The notes under the pieces are model-generated. The model was not told the DNA's origin, did not search any database, and was given only the letters and a program-made list of their open reading frames with translations. The translations under genes and the position numbers were made by a program. A DNA stretch of 64,000 nt, taken from assembly GCA_963759805.1 (NCBI GenBank), contig CAVXAT010000001.1, positions 96,001-160,000 of the forward strand. Direction: 5' to 3'. Positions 1 through 10,478 of the stretch are shown here, piece after piece (the stretch's first letter is position 1; every line of letters starts with the position of its first letter). Source of the DNA: an uncultured bacterium (GTDB lineage Bacteria; Babelota; Babeliae; Babelales; RVW-14).

Positions 1-29
1 ATTTTGGGTTAATTATTTTAGGAAATAAT

Positions 30-2876
30 ATGTTTTGCAGAAAAAATTTTAAACTGTTTTCGTTTATTTTTTTAAGCACAATTAGTTTTGGATTGTATCC
101 AACTGATAACATTATAACGCCAGAATCAATAAAGCTAGAATCAGCCGTTGATCAGTCAGTTGGCAATTTGATTACAACAGCCAAATCATTGATTCAAAAA
201 AAGGTCTTAGCAAATGGACTTACTGTCCTTTTTTATCCAATAACAAACTCACCTGAAGTTAGTCTTAATGTTATTGTTGATTTTGGATCAAGAGATGAAC
301 ATGAAGGTCAATATGGCTTTGCGCACATGATTGAGCATATGCTTTTTAAAGGTACGCCAGCGATTTCGGAAGTGGATATTAATCTAATCGCCGATAAATT
401 TGGGCATACTTATTTTAATGCTTTCACAAGCCACGATCAAACTGTATACGTTACCCAAACAGATAATAAAAATTGGGCAGTATTTTTAGGCATTCTCGCT
501 GACTGCGTACAAAACGCCAGCTTTGACGAAAATCATTTTAACTCTGAGGTCAAAACTGTTGTCAGTGAGATTAATTTGCACAGAAAGGATGCTGATTCCA
601 TATCCCTTGCGGTATGTGTTCCATTCAATCATCCATACGCTCATGCTATTGGTGGACTTTGCGAAGACTTACTAAATGCCAGTGCATCTGACCTGAGAAA
701 ATTTTACCAAGAAAATTACACGCCGGAAAAAACAACTTTGATTATTGTTGGCAACATCAACCAAGCTGAACTTTTTGAGGAGATAGACAAGTTATTTGGA
801 ACTATGCCGGCAAAACAAAATCCAACCAAAAGAATCTACTGTGCGGACGCCTATCTTCAGCCCAATTTTATTCAAGGCTATATAACTGTACATACGCAAA
901 CAGAAGGTCCTTCGGTTCGCTTGTGGTGGCTCACTCCTGGAGCAAAGAATGCAAATGCCAACGTTGCGTCCGACGCTGTTTGTTACTTTTTAAATGAACG
1001 GCTCAAAAAACTAGAAGAAAGTTATGGCTTGGTTTTTAATAACAGTGTAATAGATTTTCAGCTTTTGGATTTAGGGGATTTTTCTGTGGTTTTTGAACCA
1101 AAAACCGAAGATTTTGGAAAAACACTTCAGCCGGGATCATGTGTTGAAACAGTCAAAACAATCATTTTGAACGAAGTTCGTGATTTGATCAGTAACGGAG
1201 CTAAGCAGGAAGAATTATCAAGCTACAAGGCATTAATTAAAACATCTTTTACTGGTAGTTTTGAATACCCAAGAGAAATAGCTTCGATATTATCGAGTTA
1301 CAATATCAACAAAAATGAATTTGAGGCCTTTGATAGATTTGAAATTGCGCAAAAACTTACATCGCAAGACATTAAAGATTTCTGCAAGACATTCCTAAAA
1401 CCCAACAGGTACCATCAATTAAATTCCGTTCCTCTTGAAGAAAACGAAAAAAATGAGTGGATTGAGCTCCAAAATTCAATCGATCAGTACGAGAAAAAAC
1501 TTCTTGAAAATAAAAATCGTGAGTCTAAACTTGATGAGCAAAAATTGCTTTTAACATTACCTACGCCCAAAGAGATTGATTTTAATTATGAAAAACCGGA
1601 TATTCAAACAGTTTTAAGCAATGGGCTAACTGTCTACATCAAGCAAAAAGATACATCGCCAAATGTTTATATTGGTTTGACATTTAAAAATGCTGAGTAT
1701 CTAGAGTTGTTTTATGCGCAGCAGCACAAAGCTTCTCTACCAGGATATGTGTTCAGTCTCATTGCCGAAGAAACAGAGGGTGACCAAAGCCATCCTGAAA
1801 AATTTACCAGCAAAGAGAACACTGAATTTTTTGATGCATTGGGTGCAACGGGTAGGGTTTCAGATGGAATGGTTTTGTGCTTGTCTTGCGACATTGAAAA
1901 AGTAACCGAAAAATTACTGCATATCCTCATCCACCCAACTTACCCAGTCGATGCCGTTAATCGTGAGATTAATAATGATATTCAGCTGACAAAGCAAGAT
2001 CAGGACAATATTGGACATATTTTGCGTGAAGCCCTTACCCTATATTTATTCGAAAAATATCCATGGGTACAGAATGATGAACAGATCATTGAAGATTTAA
2101 AGAAAATCTCACGCCAAGATATCGTGAATTTTTATAAACAGTGGTTTGCCCCGCAAAACATGTTTCTTACTGTCGTTGGAAATATTACTCCGGAGCAAGT
2201 TGTTAAGCAGATGGAAAAGATTTGGGGATCATGGAAAAATGATTCAGCCTCAAACATCGATGATTTGAGAAATAAAGTAAACGTTGAAGATATTTCAAAT
2301 AAGCCGGCCAAGGAAATTATTAAGCAGCATCCTGATGAACAGATAATGCTTATGGCAGCAAGACTCTCTACTTATGATGGAACAGATGACGCCTCTGCCT
2401 TAAGTATTTTATCTATCTACTTGAATCTAAAATTGAACGAGATTAGAGAAAAGTCTGGACTATTTTATTATTGTAATGCGGAAGCTAGTGTTAATTCGTC
2501 CTTAATAAAGGGCACAATTACGATAACAACGCAAATATCACCAGAAAAACTAGACCTTGCTAAAAATGAAATCAAGGCAGTTTTACATGATTTTTCGCAA
2601 GTCGGAATTTCTCAAGAAGAATTTGATGTTACAAAAAAGAATTTCAGAACGTCTTTTGCCAAAATTTTTGCAACAGCAAATAGTCTTTTTCACAGTTATC
2701 GTGGTTTTATATCATGTAATAAAACATTTGATTATCCCAACGAAGTATTGAATAGGATTGATAAATTGACTCTAGAATATGTAAATTCTGTAGCTAAAAA
2801 ATATCTTAATCCTGATGAAATGACGTTTGCTATCGGAGGAAGAGTTGCAAGCAAATTGATTTTAATAGAACTTTAA
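30..2876 (+). CDS. M16 family (insulinase/pitrilysin-like) zinc metallopeptidase with signal peptide
   Basis: Inverted zinc motif HXXEH (GFAHMIEHMLFKGT), NAFTSHDQT motif, two-lobe repeat (LANGLTV / LSNGLTV), hydrophobic N-terminus. Confidence 0.92.
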   Translation: MFCRKNFKLFSFIFLSTISFGLYPTDNIITPESIKLESAVDQSVGNLITTAKSLIQKKVLANGLTVLFYPITNSPEVSLNVIVDFGSRDEHEGQYGFAHMIEHMLFKGTPAISEVDINLIADKFGHTYFNAFTSHDQTVYVTQTDNKNWAVFLGILADCVQNASFDENHFNSEVKTVVSEINLHRKDADSISLAVCVPFNHPYAHAIGGLCEDLLNASASDLRKFYQENYTPEKTTLIIVGNINQAELFEEIDKLFGTMPAKQNPTKRIYCADAYLQPNFIQGYITVHTQTEGPSVRLWWLTPGAKNANANVASDAVCYFLNERLKKLEESYGLVFNNSVIDFQLLDLGDFSVVFEPKTEDFGKTLQPGSCVETVKTIILNEVRDLISNGAKQEELSSYKALIKTSFTGSFEYPREIASILSSYNINKNEFEAFDRFEIAQKLTSQDIKDFCKTFLKPNRYHQLNSVPLEENEKNEWIELQNSIDQYEKKLLENKNRESKLDEQKLLLTLPTPKEIDFNYEKPDIQTVLSNGLTVYIKQKDTSPNVYIGLTFKNAEYLELFYAQQHKASLPGYVFSLIAEETEGDQSHPEKFTSKENTEFFDALGATGRVSDGMVLCLSCDIEKVTEKLLHILIHPTYPVDAVNREINNDIQLTKQDQDNIGHILREALTLYLFEKYPWVQNDEQIIEDLKKISRQDIVNFYKQWFAPQNMFLTVVGNITPEQVVKQMEKIWGSWKNDSASNIDDLRNKVNVEDISNKPAKEIIKQHPDEQIMLMAARLSTYDGTDDASALSILSIYLNLKLNEIREKSGLFYYCNAEASVNSSLIKGTITITTQISPEKLDLAKNEIKAVLHDFSQVGISQEEFDVTKKNFRTSFAKIFATANSLFHSYRGFISCNKTFDYPNEVLNRIDKLTLEYVNSVAKKYLNPDEMTFAIGGRVASKLILIEL

Positions 2877-2895
2877 CACTTTTAGGAGATTTATC

Positions 2896-3726
2896 ATGAC
2901 ATCAATAGTTTGTTTGTTGCCGATTATTGCAGCATTGTTTATGACAATAAATTTTGAGCAAGCAAATGCTGCTTTAAAAAATAATAACACAGATATTGTT
3001 ATTGATGGTAAGAAGTACTGCACATGTGAATTTTTGAAATTGTCTGAGCTTGAATCTGACGTGAAGGATAATGGAAAAATTGGTGCAAAACCGGCGTTTA
3101 ATGTAATTGCTGACAACAATCTTGATGTTGCAGGTTTTATGAAAAGGCCTGAGAATAATGGGGCTGTTTTTCAGATTGCGGCCAATGACAATTTGCCTTG
3201 GACTTGGACTGAAGGCGGTGCACAAGCAGGTGCTGTCGTAATGGCCACAGAGCTTGGAAGTTTGGTTCGCGAAAGTAATAAGAATAAAAAATTATTCGAA
3301 AAATTATTCGAAGATTCTTTATTGCCTATTAGCCTTGGTACAACGCGAGCCTTATTCGGTGATATAAGTAATATTTTGATTGCTGTTCATTCAGAGCTTT
3401 CTGTTTATAATGTTCCCAATCAAGTTGTACATGTCCCTTTTGTTGCAGCTTACGCTGGCAGCAATCCCATCGACAATGTGAAAAATTGCCTGAAGGTTGC
3501 CTATGATGGAACCTTACTTGCCGCTGTAAAATTAAAAGCTTCAAGAGTATTTTTGACACTTATGGGTGTTGGTGTATTTCAAAATCCCGTAGATTATGTG
3601 GTAGATGCAATTCGGAACTCCGTAAAAGCTTATGTTAAAAAATACGGATTGAATGTCACAGTGCTTTACCGTGGATCGAATTTGGATACAGTAAGTAAAC
3701 TTAAGAGTATTGCAAATGATATCTGA
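2896..3726 (+). CDS. Secreted macrodomain-like protein (putative ADP-ribose binding/hydrolase)
   Basis: Signal peptide; motifs GAVFQIAAN and VFLTLMGVGVFQN (GxGxF loop typical of macro/PARG folds); AGGAG RBS. Confidence 0.55.
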   Translation: MTSIVCLLPIIAALFMTINFEQANAALKNNNTDIVIDGKKYCTCEFLKLSELESDVKDNGKIGAKPAFNVIADNNLDVAGFMKRPENNGAVFQIAANDNLPWTWTEGGAQAGAVVMATELGSLVRESNKNKKLFEKLFEDSLLPISLGTTRALFGDISNILIAVHSELSVYNVPNQVVHVPFVAAYAGSNPIDNVKNCLKVAYDGTLLAAVKLKASRVFLTLMGVGVFQNPVDYVVDAIRNSVKAYVKKYGLNVTVLYRGSNLDTVSKLKSIANDI

Positions 3727-3783
3727 TAAATACGTATTGTTTTAATATGTGTGGTTTTGGTTTTATTCGCCGCGGAGAATTTT

Positions 3784-4242
3784 ATGAAAAAGATATTTGT
3801 AGTTTTTATTGCCGTATTACTTGTAAATGCATCAATTTTTCAAGCGCATGCTTATAAGCTTAAGCTTGAGTGTGAAAAAAGTGAAACCAATAATTCGGTT
3901 CCTAAAGGTTTTCCATCAACCCTAATTTCTCATATTGGAGAGTATCTCACCATTAATGAATCATTGGAAATAACCTTTGCTTCCCAAAAGCAAGATGCAT
4001 GTGATTTTGATTTAGAAGAGTGTGTTAGAACTCTATTGGGAACAGCCCATTACCGAATTATCTATCATGATACAGTTTTGACTTGGAATAATGCTCAAAA
4101 GAAATTTTGTTTAATATCCAAAGATGACAAAATTAGTCCGCTTAAGTTACAGATTCAATGGTTTACATGTTTTAAATGGCTGCTTAACTCAAAATCGATG
4201 AATAATGCGCATACCCCTGAGATTCGTCTTGCCATGGAATAA
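3784..4242 (+). CDS. Hypothetical secreted protein
   Basis: GGAG RBS then MKKIFVVFIAVLLVNASIFQAHA signal peptide; start moved from 3751 to ATG 3784. Confidence 0.65.
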   Translation: MKKIFVVFIAVLLVNASIFQAHAYKLKLECEKSETNNSVPKGFPSTLISHIGEYLTINESLEITFASQKQDACDFDLEECVRTLLGTAHYRIIYHDTVLTWNNAQKKFCLISKDDKISPLKLQIQWFTCFKWLLNSKSMNNAHTPEIRLAME

Positions 4243-4446
4243 GCTTGACGTTCAGGGTTACTCCCTTTTCTTAGGGGTTAAAGTAATAAATTTATTTACT
4301 ATTTATCTATAAAACATGTAAGATGATGATAGATTGGCGAGTAATTGTGATTAAATTAAAATTCAAAAGTAGAAAGGGGGTTTAAAACAGAGAGTCGTTA
4401 TGGAAAAATCTTTAAAAAAAGTTTTAAGGGATTAAGGGGGATAAAA

Positions 4447-4788
4447 ATGAAAAAGTTATTAGCAATAGCTATTGTATCAATGGTTTCTTTGAGTTATCTG
4501 TTGGCGCATCACGGACAGCGCGATCAAACAATATCCATCAATAATCAATCTGGTGTAACAGTTGTTGTAACAGATACGAACAATCATAAAATTACCGTGA
4601 ATTCGAATCAAACCGCTCAGATGAGGGTTACGTTTAATCAGCCTAGTGGACACATACGCTTTCTTAGACATAAAGATACAACAATAACAGTGACAGATCC
4701 CAGAAATAATAATTCAAGCTCCATAAGCATTGATGAGGATACTAGAACAGTTACTATAGAGAAAGACTTGAAACTAACAGCAAACTAA
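4447..4788 (+). CDS. Hypothetical secreted beta-rich protein
   Basis: Signal peptide MKKLLAIAIVSMVSLSYLLA, AAGGGGG RBS, followed by long hairpin. Confidence 0.7.
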   Translation: MKKLLAIAIVSMVSLSYLLAHHGQRDQTISINNQSGVTVVVTDTNNHKITVNSNQTAQMRVTFNQPSGHIRFLRHKDTTITVTDPRNNNSSSISIDEDTRTVTIEKDLKLTAN

Positions 4789-4814
4789 CATCGTGACGAA
4801 CTAATAAAGACGAA

Positions 4815-4873
4815 TTAATATATAAAGAGGTTTGTTAACTACTCGTTGGTTAGCAAGCCTCTTTATATATTAA
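4815..4873. terminator. Long AT-flanked stem-loop, probable intrinsic terminator
   Basis: TTAATATATAAAGAGGTTTGTTAAC...GTTAGCAAGCCTCTTTATATATTAA about 27 nt after stop at 4788. Confidence 0.65.
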
Positions 4874-5099
4874 AGTCTCAATTAACATTCATAAAATCAA
4901 ATGCGGGACACTTTCCATGGATAGAAAACCCGGAGCAGATTAGATCGTTGTTTGAAGTGTTTTTAACTCGAATAGCTTGTAACTCGAAAAGTTATTAACT
5001 CTCATATTTAATCTTAAATTGTTGATTTTCACAAATCTTTTGTTTTATGCTAACTCAGCATTTGTAATCTGATTTGATAGATGAGGGGAGGAAGTAGTC

Positions 5100-5864
5100 A
5101 TGAGATTTACGACGTTGTTATTATTAATTATCTTATTATGTCTAGGTACAGAATGCAATTACAAAATTCTCACAGCTCAGAATATAAAATGGATTGTTTT
5201 TGATTCCGATGGGACTTTAATAGACACGTTGCCTTTAACAATTGAATTCATTAATGAAAAACTTCAATGTAATCCGATTGAAAAAGAAGAATTTCGTGAA
5301 AATGGAAGGGCAAAAATTATTAAGGACCATCTTGGTTTGTGTGGAACTTTTTGGGCGTCTCTATCTATGCCTAAGTGGCCATCGCAATGCATGGACTATT
5401 TTAAAGCAAACATTGATAGAATAACTATTTTTCCTGGGGCAGAAAAGTTGCTGCTTTATTTGGCTGACAAAAAATACAAGCTTGCAATTATTACAGCAGG
5501 CGATAGAGACATTGTAATGGGAACGCTAGAAAAAAATGGACTAACAGTAGAAGAAAATAAATACAAGTCAGAAAAAGCTGGACTATTGCCAATCTTTGAA
5601 GGCGTTTATTCTGATGGATTTAGCTGGTTTTGGGGGATAGATGGCACAATAAGAAAATTTTTAAAGATTCATAAACTTAATCCTGACGAAATTGTTTATG
5701 TTGGCGATGAGATTGATGATATTTATGCTTGCAGAAAAGCTGGCGTAAAAGTAATTTCTGCAACGTGGGGATATAATACAAGAGCTTTTTTGGAACAATC
5801 AGAGCCGGACTATTTGGTGGATTCATTTGATGAGCTTAAATCAGTCATAGCTTCTTTGGAATAA
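5100..5864 (+). CDS. HAD-superfamily hydrolase (phosphoglycolate phosphatase-like)
   Basis: Motif I FDSDGTLIDT, motif IV YVGDEIDDI, C-terminal WGYN...PDYLV. Confidence 0.88.
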   Translation: MRFTTLLLLIILLCLGTECNYKILTAQNIKWIVFDSDGTLIDTLPLTIEFINEKLQCNPIEKEEFRENGRAKIIKDHLGLCGTFWASLSMPKWPSQCMDYFKANIDRITIFPGAEKLLLYLADKKYKLAIITAGDRDIVMGTLEKNGLTVEENKYKSEKAGLLPIFEGVYSDGFSWFWGIDGTIRKFLKIHKLNPDEIVYVGDEIDDIYACRKAGVKVISATWGYNTRAFLEQSEPDYLVDSFDELKSVIASLE

Positions 5865-5958
5865 TGCCTAATTCGCGACCAAATTAGATGAATGAATTCA
5901 AGAATTATGTTATGCTTTTGTGATGATAACAGTTTATGTAATTTTAATGGGAGATACC

Positions 5959-6174
5959 ATGCATACATCTTTAGCATCGGGTATAAGCGCTCAATATATT
6001 GTTGATAACAAAGGGAAGAAAACAGGTGTGATACTTGATATCAAATTATTTGATGCTCTGCTAGAAGAATTAGAAGATTTATACGATGTAGCTAATGCAG
6101 AGAGAATTATAAAAAAAAGGGGGAAGAGATACTCTTTGCAAGAGGTTGAAAAAATTTTGGCTAAAAAAAAGTAG
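5959..6174 (+). CDS. Antitoxin of RelE/ParE-type TA pair
   Basis: Small protein QYIVDNKGKKTGVIL...LEELEDLYD directly upstream of RelE; GGAG RBS before ATG 5959. Confidence 0.7.
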   Translation: MHTSLASGISAQYIVDNKGKKTGVILDIKLFDALLEELEDLYDVANAERIIKKRGKRYSLQEVEKILAKKK

Positions 6175-6178
6175 TGTC

Positions 6179-6478
6179 ATGGTACATCCATGTCTCAAAA
6201 GTTATCAGATTGATTTTTCTCGTGATGCTTTAAAATATCTTGGCTCAATTGATAAGAGCTTGTCTCAGAAAATAATTAAAAAAATAAATGATTTGAGTGT
6301 TTGTGTTGAAAATCTGAACATAAAAAAACTCAAATCAAAGTCATATGATTTGTATAGATTGCGAGTTGGTGAATTTAGAGTAGTTTATAGCATTGAACAT
6401 GAGCAAATAACGATTTATATTATCGCAGTTGGGCCCAGAAAAGACATTTATAATAAAATTAAGTCTCTGCTAGGGTAG
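6179..6478 (+). CDS. relE: RelE/StbE family toxin
   Basis: YQIDFSRDALKYL...IKKL...YRLRVGEFRVVYSI...VGPRKDIY. Confidence 0.85.
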   Translation: MVHPCLKSYQIDFSRDALKYLGSIDKSLSQKIIKKINDLSVCVENLNIKKLKSKSYDLYRLRVGEFRVVYSIEHEQITIYIIAVGPRKDIYNKIKSLLG

Positions 6479-6493
6479 ACTCTTTCCCTTTCC

Positions 6494-9037
6494 TTACTTA
6501 CTCAACAAATTCACTGCATTACGAAATTCTGGAGTTTCAAAATTATCAATTACAGTGTTGATCATAATTTTTGCAAGCTTTATCTTATGTTCCGGATTTT
6601 CAAAATCACCTATTTTACCGGTAGCTCTTTCTTGTAAAAAGTCCCAGTAGGAAGATATCTGCATTGTTGGATATTCGCCTATTTTTTCCGAACCCAGTTC
6701 TAAGAATGTCAAAGCATACCAAATCCAAGCAGCCTGTTTCATCAAATGTAATTTTGCTTCTTCTTGCAAAGAGGGTTTGTGCTCAAGGTACGTTGACAAC
6801 AAAACATGTTCAAAAGCAGGATTAAAAAGACAGTAATAAATATCTATGGTGGCTATATCAAAATAAGGGTCTGATTGTGCTGCGAATTCATAATCAATAG
6901 CTTTAAATTTATCTCCTAAAAATAGCAAATTATTGGGATTCATATCATTGTGGCATGGCGTGACAGTCATGTGTGGGGAAAGCGCTTTGCGCAACGTTAC
7001 TGTGATTTCCTCAAGCTTGTTTACAGGAATACCTTTAACGTTTTTAGATTTTAAAATATCCTTAACTACTTGCAGTTTGTGTTCAAGCCAGTCAAAAACA
7101 TTCAGAGATTTTGCAAATTTGGGTCCGCGGTGAATTTTTTGTAAGAGATGTGCTAGGGCTATGTACAATTCTTTCGAGTCTCTTTGCTCACCTGAGATCC
7201 TTTGGGGGGGTAAATATTCCATTATTATAACGGCGTGATCGACATCTGCAAAGTAAATGTGCGGCCCATATGTTCCATCTGATGCAGTTTTTAAACAGGA
7301 TATCTCTTGTTCCCGGTCCTCTTTGGATTTATGTTCAAGAAAGCGAACAACATATTTCTTCGAATCAGCGGTAACGGTAAAAAGAGGAGCTCCGGAGTAT
7401 CCGCCTTTAAGTTTTTGTGCTGTAACAGTCCCTGGTAATGCCAGAGCGTTCTTTACTGTTTTTGCAGCATAATTTTCATCAATCTTGTGTGCACCACGCT
7501 CGCGTGTTCCACAAGCGCTGGATTTATTAGTCAAAATATCCTGTGCACAAATAAATCCTGACGCCACAACCGCCTCAACTCCTGCACCTGGCAGTGTCGA
7601 TGCACTTGCCAAATAAAGTCCTATAATCGGGGTTTTAAAATATGGACGTTTACTTCCTATCGATTGGTCAAAGGCGTATATTGCGCCCTCAGGCATCGAA
7701 GTAAATTGCTCAAATGTTCTTGGGGTGGCAACACTTGTGACAATAATGTGTTTGCGTATTTCTGGAATTACTTTTTCAATTTTTGTAATCGCCTCATCTG
7801 TGAATTTTTCTTTGTATTTTTCATATTCAGGGGTTTCTGTCGGTGGAACATCTGCATATTCGGCATGAAACCCTGCTGTGATGCTTGCTTTGCCATGTGG
7901 TGCAGTTGTTGCATCCGCGTTTGAATTAATAAAGAAACCTTCAAAGATTGAAGTCAAAGATGAGAGATCAAGGTCGACTCCAAAATTTACAGCAGCAAAA
8001 GATTTTGACATTTTTAAGTTATTAACAGCATCGACAAAGGCTGGATCAAGAACCCCATGCGGTATAAGTTTTGAAAATGTTGTTTTTGCATTGGCGTTAG
8101 CAACAACAATGGGGCTGAGAAACACTTTATCACCAGCACGAACGCCTGTAACGTGATTTTCTGTTACCAGGATTTCATCAACCTTTGTGCTTGTCAGGAC
8201 TGTTCCTCCATTAGAATCGATAACTTGTTTTAATGCATCTGCAAAAAGTTGTCCGCCTTTTTTAGGATAATGTCCTCCATAAATAAAATATCCTAAACAT
8301 CCCATCAGGGCATAGCCGGCAACTGTTTCTTCTGGTTTTGTACCTAGGTATCCAAGCAATGAACACAAAAACGTTTTTAATTGAATATCATGAAAAAATT
8401 CATCAAGTTTTTGTTGGTAGGTGACTTGCATCCACTGGTTATATGTAGGGCAAGGCTTTGTAGGGTCTGTTCTGCAGGCAATATCCTCAGAAAAAGCTTT
8501 TTCTGCTTCATCAAAAAACGCTACTATTGCTTGTTTCTCATCTGGAAATTGTTCTGACAGTTTTTGTACAACATCATTCTTTGTTCCGGTAAAAGAGATT
8601 TTTTTATCTCCGAGAAAATAGGTGCGCGTATGAAGAACAAAGAGGTCATCTTTTTTTAGATCAAGCTTATCCAAAAGCATTTTAATGGCCCCTCTCTCTA
8701 CGCCGCTGATGTCATGAGCTCCTGCAGGAAATGTAAAACCGTCTCGCTGAAATGATGCGCAATATCCGCCAACTTTGCTGTGTTGTTCAAGAACCAAAAC
8801 CTTGAAGCCATCTTTGGCAAGCAGAGAGGCGCATGATAGACCACCAATGCCTGAACCTACGACGATTACATCATATTCGTTAGTGGCTTTGATTTTAGCT
8901 GGATCACTTGCGACTATCCAATCATGTTTTGCTGACACATCGATTGTTTTTTTACTAAAAAAATTACAGCCGACAAAAAATGTAATTAGACTGCACAAAA
9001 AAATGAATGTTGGGTTTAAGATTGCTAACTTTTTCAT
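6494..9037 (-). CDS. Fusion: FAD-dependent oxidoreductase (phytoene desaturase-like) + choline/aminoglycoside kinase-like phosphotransferase; lipoprotein-like N-terminus
   Basis: DVIVVGSGIGGL...VLEQHSKVGGYC Rossmann motif, GLYLASAST.PGAGV C-terminal motif; then CHNDMNPNNLL and IDYEFA kinase motifs; FFVGC lipobox-like. Confidence 0.8.
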   Translation of the reverse strand: MKKLAILNPTFIFLCSLITFFVGCNFFSKKTIDVSAKHDWIVASDPAKIKATNEYDVIVVGSGIGGLSCASLLAKDGFKVLVLEQHSKVGGYCASFQRDGFTFPAGAHDISGVERGAIKMLLDKLDLKKDDLFVLHTRTYFLGDKKISFTGTKNDVVQKLSEQFPDEKQAIVAFFDEAEKAFSEDIACRTDPTKPCPTYNQWMQVTYQQKLDEFFHDIQLKTFLCSLLGYLGTKPEETVAGYALMGCLGYFIYGGHYPKKGGQLFADALKQVIDSNGGTVLTSTKVDEILVTENHVTGVRAGDKVFLSPIVVANANAKTTFSKLIPHGVLDPAFVDAVNNLKMSKSFAAVNFGVDLDLSSLTSIFEGFFINSNADATTAPHGKASITAGFHAEYADVPPTETPEYEKYKEKFTDEAITKIEKVIPEIRKHIIVTSVATPRTFEQFTSMPEGAIYAFDQSIGSKRPYFKTPIIGLYLASASTLPGAGVEAVVASGFICAQDILTNKSSACGTRERGAHKIDENYAAKTVKNALALPGTVTAQKLKGGYSGAPLFTVTADSKKYVVRFLEHKSKEDREQEISCLKTASDGTYGPHIYFADVDHAVIIMEYLPPQRISGEQRDSKELYIALAHLLQKIHRGPKFAKSLNVFDWLEHKLQVVKDILKSKNVKGIPVNKLEEITVTLRKALSPHMTVTPCHNDMNPNNLLFLGDKFKAIDYEFAAQSDPYFDIATIDIYYCLFNPAFEHVLLSTYLEHKPSLQEEAKLHLMKQAAWIWYALTFLELGSEKIGEYPTMQISSYWDFLQERATGKIGDFENPEHKIKLAKIMINTVIDNFETPEFRNAVNLLSK

Positions 9038-9192
9038 AGCTTTAGTCCTTCCAATTGATAGATTTCCTAGATTTACAAATCAAATCCTAAACAAAATAAT
9101 GCCCCCTTGTTTACTGCATGTAAACAAAAGCTACAAAGCGCACAAGTACCCACACAAGAACCAAGGCAAACTATCCGTCTGATTTTAATTAT

Positions 9193-9633
9193 TCAAGCGT
9201 TAGTTTCGGCAATTGCACATATGTGCATGGTAATGAGTGTTTTCTTCTCAGGAAAGTCTTCATTTGTATCAACAAGGGCAGAAAGTTCGTCAAAGTTTCT
9301 TTTAAGTTTATTTTTAAGTTTGTTAAGAATAGGTATGCATTGACAACAGCATATGACACAGTCGCGTTCGAGACAATTGCCGTCCTCTATTTCTTTGCTG
9401 GCCTCTGCCATAAGTGCTTTGCCTAGTACTTTGAGTTTTTCTATCGGCTGTGTCATTAGCTCCTCGAAAGAATAATTGTCCCTAAGGGTTGATTCATCAA
9501 CCCTATCCCCCATGCCCATAGCAATAGGGCTTCTATCCTCATCTATGTCCCGCATAGCTACAACTGTGGTGACATTAGCAGCAATCCCAAAACCAAGCAT
9601 CATAGCATAAAAATAATGTGACATTTCCATCAT
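9193..9633 (-). CDS. Hypothetical protein with signal-like N-terminus
   Basis: 146-aa ORF, hydrophobic N-terminus ending VVAM, GAAAGG upstream. Confidence 0.5.
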   Translation of the reverse strand: MMEMSHYFYAMMLGFGIAANVTTVVAMRDIDEDRSPIAMGMGDRVDESTLRDNYSFEELMTQPIEKLKVLGKALMAEASKEIEDGNCLERDCVICCCQCIPILNKLKNKLKRNFDELSALVDTNEDFPEKKTLITMHICAIAETNA

Positions 9634-9674
9634 AAGCCTTTCTAAAATTTAAATTAAATTCAGTTCAATATTAT

Positions 9675-10466
9675 TCATAACCCCAAAATAAATTTACGCG
9701 ATCCCAGCGGCTGGATCAACTTTAATAAAACAACGCTGATAATTGTTGCGGGTTGGCCAGATATGCCAGCTATGCCCACCATAACCCAAACAAGCGCAGA
9801 GGCGGTAATGGCGCAAAACGCTGACCAGATAATCATAGCAGCCAATGATTTGGCTGCTAATTCCTGATCATAGATTTTTGTGAAATTGTAAAATTCTTCA
9901 AACATCATGCCGATAAAAAATGCCACTGCAAAAGCATAATTAAAATCAAAGCCATATTTGCCGTAACCCATGTAGGTTATACCAACAAGAAAAACGTAAA
10001 AGCCGTACATGCCAAATTTATTAAGGTCCAATTTTCCGGGCAATTCATGAAAAAAGCCCGGACGTTCGTGTGCTGGCCACAACGCTGCCTTTAATTTAGC
10101 GACGACTCTGAGCGAAATGAGTATGGCCACAGGGATTGAAAAATATCCAAGCATTGGTTTTAGATAATAAGAAACGAGTGACATGACGCTTGCCGTTACG
10201 AATACAAGAAGGAGCATTTTGTGCAGAGACAGGTTTTTTACGGAAGATTCATAAACAACCAAACTTTCGTAGGCTGCGCGTAAAAACGAGACGACAAAAA
10301 ATGTAGCAAAACTTGCTATAAATGGATTAATTCCAAAAAATTTGGCAAGAAAAACGGGCAGCACCATGATCAAGCCTATGGTTGCGTACATACCGATGTT
10401 GATCAGATACAATTTTGTTGATAACCAGTGTAAAAAATCAGTTCTTGTTTCTGTTGTAATATTCAT
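9675..10466 (-). CDS. Multi-pass membrane protein, probable PadR target
   Basis: About 8 hydrophobic segments, 12 nt downstream of PadR gene. Confidence 0.75.
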   Translation of the reverse strand: MNITTETRTDFLHWLSTKLYLINIGMYATIGLIMVLPVFLAKFFGINPFIASFATFFVVSFLRAAYESLVVYESSVKNLSLHKMLLLVFVTASVMSLVSYYLKPMLGYFSIPVAILISLRVVAKLKAALWPAHERPGFFHELPGKLDLNKFGMYGFYVFLVGITYMGYGKYGFDFNYAFAVAFFIGMMFEEFYNFTKIYDQELAAKSLAAMIIWSAFCAITASALVWVMVGIAGISGQPATIISVVLLKLIQPLGSRKFILGL

Positions 10467-10478
10467 GAAATGACCTTT

